From positions 480,001 through 544,000 of the forward strand of contig CP010425.1 of the NCBI GenBank assembly GCA_000830295.1: a stretch of DNA of 64,000 bases. Direction: 5' to 3'. The notes below the pieces were generated by a model that made no database searches, was not told the DNA's origin, and worked only from the letters and a program-made list of their open reading frames with translations. The DNA comes from an archaeon GW2011_AR15. GTDB lineage: Archaea > Nanobdellota > Nanobdellia > Woesearchaeales > GW2011-AR15. Every line of letters starts with the position of its first letter. Positions within the stretch are counted from its first letter, which is position 1. The position numbers were made by a program, and so were the translations under genes. Below, in pieces: positions 57,574 through 64,000 of the stretch.

Positions 57574-59763
57574 TTAATCAGTATATTCAGAATCAGTTAT
57601 CTCTTTTATCTTGGAAGCCTTTTTCTCGCCGATAAGCTCAACTTCCTTCAGTTTCTCTTCAGAGGCGTTGATTATTTTTTTCACAGAGCCGAATTTCTTC
57701 AGCAGAGGTTTTGAGAGTATAGGGCCGACGCCTGGAAGCGCAGAAACAATATATTCCTGCTGCTCTTTTAATGTAAGAGGCTTTGAGCTGTGCAGGGTAA
57801 ATCCCTTTTTTTCTTCTGTCTGCTCTCTCTTGGCTATCATAGCCATCAGCAGCGCAGTATCATCGCTGTTTTTTGTCGCAAGTATAGGGACGCCATAATC
57901 AATTGTTATTGCAGCAAGCATCCCTCTTATTGCATTAGGGTGGAGCTGCCTCTGGCTGTAGATATCCTCGTCCCCTTCAAGTATGATTATCTGCTTCCTG
58001 TATTTCTGCATGTCCTTTAGCTGTGTGAAGAGCCTCTTGTCAATAAGTGAATCTATGAAATCAGGGATTGTCTTGTATTCAACGCAGATATCGGGGCTAA
58101 GCACATAATCTCCCACATCAAGCTTCTCAAGGTTTATCTTTATGCCAAGCTCAATCAGCTTCTTTATCACACCCGAGCTTTTTTCCCTGTAATCGGCAAA
58201 AATCGTTATTTCTGTTTTAGGCAGGACGAATTCAGTCAGCTTTTTTTCTGTCCTCTTTTCAGCATTGAATTCCTTTTTCAGCTTTCTCAGTATGTCTTCC
58301 ATCCTTCTTTCCTTATGGTATGAAGACCACCTGTAGCCTTCATCCCTTGTCTTCTTTGCCACAAGCACAATTACGTCTCCTTTCTTCTGCCTGCCTGTCC
58401 TTCCCCTCCTCTGTATTGTCCTTATTGCACTTGGCACAGGCTCATAGAAAATTACAACATCAACCTCGGGGATGTCAAGCCCTTCCTCACCGACGCTTGA
58501 CATTACAAGCACGTTGAAATCATTGCTCTTGAATTGTTCTATAAGCCCTATCTGCTCTTTCTGGCTTAATCCTGTGCCTTTCTTTTTCTGCTGGCCGACA
58601 AACATCTTCGCTTTCATCCCCGGAATCTTGTTTATCTCTTCCACAAGGCTCGAGATGGAATCCCTGTACTGCGAGAAGACAATTATCTTTGCATCCTTTT
58701 CCTTTCCGTATTTCTGGAGTATGCTTTTCAGCTCATAGTATTTCGGATGCTCAATTTTCATCTCCTTCAGATTCCTTATTGTTATAAGTGCAGACTTAAA
58801 ATTCAGGTCAGAGACAAGATTTTTTACAGCTTTTGTCTTTGTTGTCTTTGCCTTTGCCACAAGGGATTCCATATATTCCAGCAGCGGAGTTATGCCCTGG
58901 CTCTCCAGCAGCTCAAGAGCATGCTGCACTTTCAGCGCCTCTGCAAGAAGGGAAATGGCTTTCATGCTCTCATAGTCCCTGGAATCCTTTACATTGACCA
59001 GCAGCTCCCTCTGCGTTGCAAGAAGATCTGTCTTGTTGTCCAATGCCCTGTTCATCGGCACAAGCTCCTTCATCCTTGATATCTTTTCCTTGAAGCAGTC
59101 GCTCAGGAATTTCTGCGCAGACCTGAAATGCTCAGGAAGATCAACATGAACCCATTTTACATTGACATCCTGCACATAAGGGGCAACATCAGGGTCATCA
59201 TCAGTTCTTATTTCTACATCTTCGATGTGCAGGTTCTTTATGACTTCCTTTATTTTCTCCAGCTCGCTCCCGGGGCTTGCAGTTAATGCTAATATCCTCT
59301 TGCTTTTGGCTTTCCTCATGTACTGCCCAGCTATCCACACATAGGAATAGTTTCCCACTGCCCTGTGGGCCTCATCAAAGCCAAGCAGGGAAACTTCCTC
59401 GAGCCTTATCCTGTTTGCAATTATGTCATTCTCCAGGCCCTGCGGAGTTGAGAAAATAATTTTTGATGTCTTCCAGAGCTCTTCTCTTTTTGCAGGCGTT
59501 ACATTGCCTGTAAAAATCGCCATATCCTTTTCATCTATTTCAAGATGCCTCAGAAAGACATTATAATACTGGACGACCAGGGGCTTTGTCGGGCCAAGCA
59601 GAAGGATTTTTGAATCCGGGAATTCCTTAAGCCTCAAAGAGGCCAGCATCAGGAAGATATATGTTTTTCCGAGGCCTGTCGGAAGGACTACAAGAGTGTT
59701 CTTCTCAGAGGCAGTCGCAAGTATTGTCTGCTGGTACAGCCTCGGCGCGAAATCTTTTATCAT
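57574..59763 (-). CDS. hef: Hef helicase-nuclease (FANCM/XPF-like)
   Basis: PRLYQ, LPTGLGKT, DEAH, TASPG, QRRGRTGR, ERCC4 domain (DYRE, GDY, VEYKT) and HhH LPGVG. Confidence 0.94.
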   Translation of the reverse strand: MIKDFAPRLYQQTILATASEKNTLVVLPTGLGKTYIFLMLASLRLKEFPDSKILLLGPTKPLVVQYYNVFLRHLEIDEKDMAIFTGNVTPAKREELWKTSKIIFSTPQGLENDIIANRIRLEEVSLLGFDEAHRAVGNYSYVWIAGQYMRKAKSKRILALTASPGSELEKIKEVIKNLHIEDVEIRTDDDPDVAPYVQDVNVKWVHVDLPEHFRSAQKFLSDCFKEKISRMKELVPMNRALDNKTDLLATQRELLVNVKDSRDYESMKAISLLAEALKVQHALELLESQGITPLLEYMESLVAKAKTTKTKAVKNLVSDLNFKSALITIRNLKEMKIEHPKYYELKSILQKYGKEKDAKIIVFSQYRDSISSLVEEINKIPGMKAKMFVGQQKKKGTGLSQKEQIGLIEQFKSNDFNVLVMSSVGEEGLDIPEVDVVIFYEPVPSAIRTIQRRGRTGRQKKGDVIVLVAKKTRDEGYRWSSYHKERRMEDILRKLKKEFNAEKRTEKKLTEFVLPKTEITIFADYREKSSGVIKKLIELGIKINLEKLDVGDYVLSPDICVEYKTIPDFIDSLIDKRLFTQLKDMQKYRKQIIILEGDEDIYSQRQLHPNAIRGMLAAITIDYGVPILATKNSDDTALLMAMIAKREQTEEKKGFTLHSSKPLTLKEQQEYIVSALPGVGPILSKPLLKKFGSVKKIINASEEKLKEVELIGEKKASKIKEITDSEYTD

Positions 59764-59862
59764 GCAATTAGAGAAAGGAGATTTCTTTAAATAGGTTTAT
59801 TATTGCTGATGCGAAAAAGCTGATTTTCTTCAGCCCAAAATTTTATATACCACATATGTTTC

Positions 59863-60666
59863 TTGAACTGGATGGTATTTGATACATTGCTTGGATGGAC
59901 ATTATCATTCCACCCCGCGCTTTCAATATTGATTCTCTCATTGATTGTCTCAATTATAATCACGCTGGCAATAAAATTCTTCACAGACCAAAGCCTTATG
60001 AAAGATCTTAAGGAAGAGCTGAAAGAACTGCAGAGGCAGATGAAAGAGTTGAGAAACAACCCTAAAAAACTGGCTAAAGTCAATGACCGGGTTATGGAAG
60101 TCAATATGAAATACATGACGCATTCCATGAGGCCAACTTTATTTACATTCATTCCGATAATCCTTGTTTTCGGCTGGATGAACATGCATATAGGGTTTTA
60201 TCCGCTAATGCCAAACGAGCCTTTTCAGCTTACTGCAGTATTTGAAGATGGATCAGACGGGCAGATATCAATGGTTCTTCCTGAAGGCATAACCCTGCTT
60301 GAGGGAGCTGCTGAAAGGGAAGTGCTGGACAATGAAGTCCAGTGGACACTTTCAGGGGAGCCGGGAGAATATGCTTTAGATGTGATGTACAAAGGCAAGA
60401 CATACACCAAGGACATCATAATAGCAGATGAGCCAATATATGCTCCTGTTGAAAAAAGCTTCAGGAAAAGCTATGTCCTGTTCACTTCTCCTGACGAGAA
60501 CGGCCTGAATACAATAAAGCTGAGCAATAAGCAGATAATTCCCTTTGAGGATGTCCCTGTAATGAAAGATATTCCGTGGATAAGCACATTCAACTGGTTC
60601 TGGACATATTTCCTGTTCTCACTTGTTTTTAGCATGGGCCTGAGAAGGGCATTAAATATATATTAA
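59863..60666 (+). CDS. DUF106 / EMC3-TMCO1 (Oxa1 superfamily) membrane insertase
   Basis: TM1, coiled coil, SMRPTLFTFIPII..FGW and W.WTY...S...S..LRR; located near rpl34e. Confidence 0.88.
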   Translation: MNWMVFDTLLGWTLSFHPALSILILSLIVSIIITLAIKFFTDQSLMKDLKEELKELQRQMKELRNNPKKLAKVNDRVMEVNMKYMTHSMRPTLFTFIPIILVFGWMNMHIGFYPLMPNEPFQLTAVFEDGSDGQISMVLPEGITLLEGAAEREVLDNEVQWTLSGEPGEYALDVMYKGKTYTKDIIIADEPIYAPVEKSFRKSYVLFTSPDENGLNTIKLSNKQIIPFEDVPVMKDIPWISTFNWFWTYFLFSLVFSMGLRRALNIY

Positions 60667-60684
60667 CTCATATTTTGGATTAGC

Positions 60685-61755
60685 ATGCCATATAAAAACA
60701 TGAATAGATGGTCTTCTGAAAAAGCAAACAACTGGTATAAGAAGCAGGGCTGGATTGCAGGAATTAATTTCATCCCGAGCAATGCCGTCAACCAGCTGGA
60801 GATGTGGCAACAAGAGACTTTTGACCAGAAAACCATTGACAGGGAGCTGGGATATGCTGAAAAACTTGGCTTCAATGCTGCAAGAGTTTTCCTGCACAAT
60901 CTCCTCTGGGAGCAGGACCCAGAAGGGTTTGTAAAAAGAATAGAAGCATATCTAAAAATAGCTGATAAGCGCGGCATTAAAACAATGTTTGTTCTTCTTG
61001 ATGGCGTATGGAATCCTTTTCCCAGACTTGGAAAACAGCCGGAGCCTCTGCCCTACATTCACAATTCAGGTTGGGTCCAGAGCGCCGGAGCAGAATATCT
61101 CAGAGATGAAAGCAGGCATCCGCTGATAGAGTCATATGTGAAAGGCATAGTAAAGCATTTCGCGGATGACAGAAGAATCCTGATGTGGGATATTTTCAAT
61201 GAACCGAACAATCCCAACAGGGGATATATCGGAAAAGAAATCGTGAACAAGGAAAAAGCAGCCTTCAGGCTGCTTGCAAAGGCATTCTCATGGGCGCGGG
61301 ATGCAAAGCCATCACAACCTATAACAGCAGGTGTATGGGGCAGCATGCTGTTTGGCATAATATGGAAAAAAAGAATAAACCAGTTTATGCTGGCCAATTC
61401 AGATGCCATCACTTTCCACAGTTATAGGTCCGCAGGAAAACTGGAAAAGGAGATATTATATCTAAAAAAATTCAAACGCCCGGTCATCTGCACTGAATAC
61501 ATGGGAAGGCCATACAGCACTTTTGAGACATGCATGCCGGTCTTCAAAAAGCACAATACCGGCTGCTTCAGCTGGGGGCTTGTATCAGGGAAGACGCAGA
61601 CAATTTACCCGTGGTCATCATGGGCTTTAAGGCAGAAAAAAGAGCCAACAGTATGGTTTCATGACATTCTGAGGAAAGACGGGACAGCTTTCAACGAGAA
61701 AGAGGTTGAATTTATAAAAAATTTCACTAAAAAAACCTCCCACCATATTATCTGA
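60685..61755 (+). CDS. Clan GH-A glycoside hydrolase (GH5-like), no signal peptide
   Basis: NQLEMWQ, GFN..RVFLH, WDIFNEP (acid/base), FHSY, CTEY (nucleophile) and WFHD motifs. Confidence 0.85.
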   Translation: MPYKNMNRWSSEKANNWYKKQGWIAGINFIPSNAVNQLEMWQQETFDQKTIDRELGYAEKLGFNAARVFLHNLLWEQDPEGFVKRIEAYLKIADKRGIKTMFVLLDGVWNPFPRLGKQPEPLPYIHNSGWVQSAGAEYLRDESRHPLIESYVKGIVKHFADDRRILMWDIFNEPNNPNRGYIGKEIVNKEKAAFRLLAKAFSWARDAKPSQPITAGVWGSMLFGIIWKKRINQFMLANSDAITFHSYRSAGKLEKEILYLKKFKRPVICTEYMGRPYSTFETCMPVFKKHNTGCFSWGLVSGKTQTIYPWSSWALRQKKEPTVWFHDILRKDGTAFNEKEVEFIKNFTKKTSHHII

Positions 61756-61807
61756 AAAGCTAAACCTATACGATATATTTATAAAGCAACTTTTTTTCCA
61801 AGAAGGT

Positions 61808-62074
61808 ATGCCAGAGCCAAGATTCAGGTCAAGGACATATAGGAGAATAACTAAGAAGCTCCCAGGAGGAGACCATGTTATTCACTATGCCAAAAGGAAG
61901 CCCGGAGTGGCCAAATGCGCCAAATGCGGCGCCTCTCTTAAAGGCATACCAAGAGAAAGACCATACAAGATGCAGATCCTTGGCAAGAGCAAGAAGAGGA
62001 ACGAGAGGCCATACGGCGGAAACCTCTGCTCAAAATGCTCAAGGCAGCTGATAAAAAAGGAAGCTAGACAATAA
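61808..62074 (+). CDS. rpl34e: 50S ribosomal protein L34e
   Basis: RSRTYRR...PGG, CAKCGASLKG and RPYGGNLCSKC. Confidence 0.97.
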   Translation: MPEPRFRSRTYRRITKKLPGGDHVIHYAKRKPGVAKCAKCGASLKGIPRERPYKMQILGKSKKRNERPYGGNLCSKCSRQLIKKEARQ

Positions 62075-62110
62075 GTACATAACGTACTTGGCGGCAGGCG
62101 TGATGTGAAA

Positions 62111-62512
62111 ATGTACGAAACAGGAAGATTATGCGTGAAGATTGCCGGCAGAGATGCCAGGCAGAAATGTGTTATAATAGAAGTTCTTGATGATAATTTT
62201 GTCATGATAGACGGCCAGACAAGAAGAAGAAAGTGCAACATAAAGCACCTTGAGCCTCTTGATAAGGTCCTTAAGCTCAAAAAAGGAGCATCCCATTCAG
62301 ATGTTGTTTCTGCTCTCAAAAGCGAAGGTATTGAAGTGACTGAAAGAAAAACAAAAACCAAGAAAGAAAGAATAGTCAAAAAGAGAAAAGCAGCAGGGGA
62401 AATTGCCGAAAAGACAACTGAAGAACCTGCAAAAAAAGAAGAGCCTAAAGCAGTCAAGCCTGCCAAAGAGACAAAGAAAAAAGCAGAACTAAAAGAGAAG
62501 AAGAAAAAATAA
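62111..62512 (+). CDS. rpl14e: 50S ribosomal protein L14e with a Lys/Glu-rich tail
   Basis: GRLCVKIAGRDA...VII...D.NFV.IDG..RRRKCNI.HLEP. Confidence 0.95.
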   Translation: MYETGRLCVKIAGRDARQKCVIIEVLDDNFVMIDGQTRRRKCNIKHLEPLDKVLKLKKGASHSDVVSALKSEGIEVTERKTKTKKERIVKKRKAAGEIAEKTTEEPAKKEEPKAVKPAKETKKKAELKEKKKK

Positions 62513-62522
62513 TTTTTCTTAA

Positions 62523-63341
62523 TTACTTATTTTTGGCAACAACCTTCATTTCTTTCCATGCAAGCTCGAACAATTCTCCAAGCGCGCTTGCGAAGAAAGG
62601 CGTGTTTACCCAGATTCCCACGTCATAAGTTGGGTGGACATCCATGTCATCATTTACCATGAACATCATTTCTTTGTTATCCACTATGATAAGCCTTGCC
62701 TTTATTTTTGTGTTCCTTATCTCAGCATGCTTTGCAGCTTCCTTAAGGCCTTTATGATTAGGGTCTGTTATAGGGGCGGCAATCCTTATTTTGACCCCTC
62801 TCTTGTGGAGCTCGTCAAATAAGGGACCGAGAGCCTCAACTTTCCTTATCAGGCCCTGCTCTGTTGATATCATATCAACAGTCTTTTCAGCGCTCCTTAT
62901 CGTCATCTCCATATGATTATAGAGATTATGCCTTCCTCTCAGGCTTCCGCTCAGCTCGCTTGGCTCTATAAGCTCAATTCCCTGTGTGTGCAGTGAGCTA
63001 AGCTCCTGAAGAACATCAGTGGTTTTCAGGTTGTTAAGCCTCTCCACAGCGTCATCGGCATCTTTTCTCATATTTTTTTTGACACGCTCGACAACTTCAG
63101 TTGGCGGGACTGCAATATATTTTATCGGCTTGCCGATCTTCAAAACAACAAATCCTTTTTTCTCAAGGCTTTCAAGGACATCATATGACCTTGACCTTGG
63201 GACATTGGCAATATCAGAAAGCTCTCCTGCTGTTGATACTCCCCTTGAAAGCAGCGCTGTCCAGATCTTTACTTCATACAGATTTAGATTGAAATATCTT
63301 CTTAGCTTGCTAAGAAACTCATCTTTGACTATCATACTCAC
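62523..63341 (-). CDS. TrmB-family transcriptional regulator
   Basis: LNLYEVKIW.ALL..G..TAGELSDIANVPRSRSYDVLESLEKKGF wHTH plus an effector domain. Confidence 0.92.
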   Translation of the reverse strand: MSMIVKDEFLSKLRRYFNLNLYEVKIWTALLSRGVSTAGELSDIANVPRSRSYDVLESLEKKGFVVLKIGKPIKYIAVPPTEVVERVKKNMRKDADDAVERLNNLKTTDVLQELSSLHTQGIELIEPSELSGSLRGRHNLYNHMEMTIRSAEKTVDMISTEQGLIRKVEALGPLFDELHKRGVKIRIAAPITDPNHKGLKEAAKHAEIRNTKIKARLIIVDNKEMMFMVNDDMDVHPTYDVGIWVNTPFFASALGELFELAWKEMKVVAKNK

Positions 63342-63494
63342 ACCCCGCGGTTATTTTAACTGGTTAAAAACTTAAAATAATTAATTGATACTAGTATTAA
63401 TAGGTTGCGGTTTTTTTACCCCTATGTAGTATATCTTCTTTGTCCCTGAATATAAAGAAAAATATATATAGACGCCAAATATAGCAATCATAAT

Positions 63495-64000
63495 ATGCAG
63501 TTGTCCCAAAAAGAGGTGGGGAAACTTCTTAAAAAATACAGGATAAGTATGCCTGAGACACATATTCTTAGCAGCAGCCATATAACCGGCACGGGCCTGA
63601 AATTTCCTGCAGTTCTGAAAGTGGATTCGCCTGAAGTAATCCACAAATCAGACATGGGGCTTGTATTTACAGGGCTGAGAAGCATCCATGATATCAACAG
63701 CAGTCTCCATACAGCGCAGACAATACTGGAAATGCACATGATAAAGGATTACAGCTTTGTATTGCAGGAGACTGCCAGGGGCCATGAGGTTATAATGGGG
63801 ATGAAGCGCGACAGGGCATTCGGCCCTGTTATTATATTCGGCCTTGGAGGCATATTTGTTGAGGTTATCAAAGACGTCAGCATGCGGATAGCTCCCCTGA
63901 CAAAAGAAATGGCCGCGGAAATGATTGAAGAGATAAAAGGGGCAAAAATACTAAGCGGCTACAGGAATACAAAGCCGGCAAATAAGGAAAAACTTGCAGG
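63495..64000 (+). CDS. ADP-forming acetate-CoA ligase beta subunit (ATP-grasp), runs off the window
   Basis: Not in the ORF track. Manual translation gives MQLSQKEVGKLLKKY...FPAVLKVDSPEVIHKSDMG...GMKRDRAFGPVIIFGLGGIFVEVIKDVS.RIAP...LSGYR. Confidence 0.9.
   Translation, partial: MQLSQKEVGKLLKKYRISMPETHILSSSHITGTGLKFPAVLKVDSPEVIHKSDMGLVFTGLRSIHDINSSLHTAQTILEMHMIKDYSFVLQETARGHEVIMGMKRDRAFGPVIIFGLGGIFVEVIKDVSMRIAPLTKEMAAEMIEEIKGAKILSGYRNTKPANKEKLA

Noticed and set aside
58070-58090. Hef nuclease motif VEYK instead of ERK, suggesting inactivity
   Set aside because: The catalytic Asp, Glu and Lys of the GDxnExK motif are retained, so there is not enough evidence of loss.
62073-62089. Small hairpin AAGTAC-ATAAC-GTACTT between rpl34e and rpl14e
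   Set aside because: A 6-bp AT-rich stem is too weak to call as a regulatory element or tRNA remnant.

Overview
Archaeal chromosomal segment. Archaeal markers include rpl34e, rpl14e, Hef, HerA/NurA, TrmB, DUF106/EMC3, an archaeal-type TyrRS and TATA-box leaderless promoters. A lone 5S rRNA and a broken-up ribosomal operon suggest a DPANN (Woesearchaeota-like) organism (inference). Bases ~2.7-41.0 kb form one ~38-kb surface-glycosylation island, bounded by a stand-alone 5S rRNA gene and a very sequon-rich PGF-pre-PGF surface glycoprotein gene. The island contains: (i) an AT-rich, Arn-like cassette (Gmd, aminotransferase, formyltransferase, MTase-GT2, GT39) with its own 10-formyl-THF supply genes (5-FCL + FolD); (ii) a complete ADP-heptose pathway with an unusual GmhB-HldC fusion, next to a GT9 and a B12 radical SAM enzyme; (iii) an amino/acetamido-uronate module; (iv) a carbamoyltransferase/SxtJ/SxtK-like module; (v) a ribbon-helix-helix regulator fused to a degenerate sugar nucleotidyltransferase. 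The right third is mostly housekeeping (herA, folC, nurA, topA, scpB, hef, rpl34e, rpl14e, trmB, acdB), with a candidate folate-uptake operon and a GH5-like gene inside the ribosomal cluster. No CRISPR array, tRNA or transposase was recognised. All calls come from reading motifs by eye; no searches were run.
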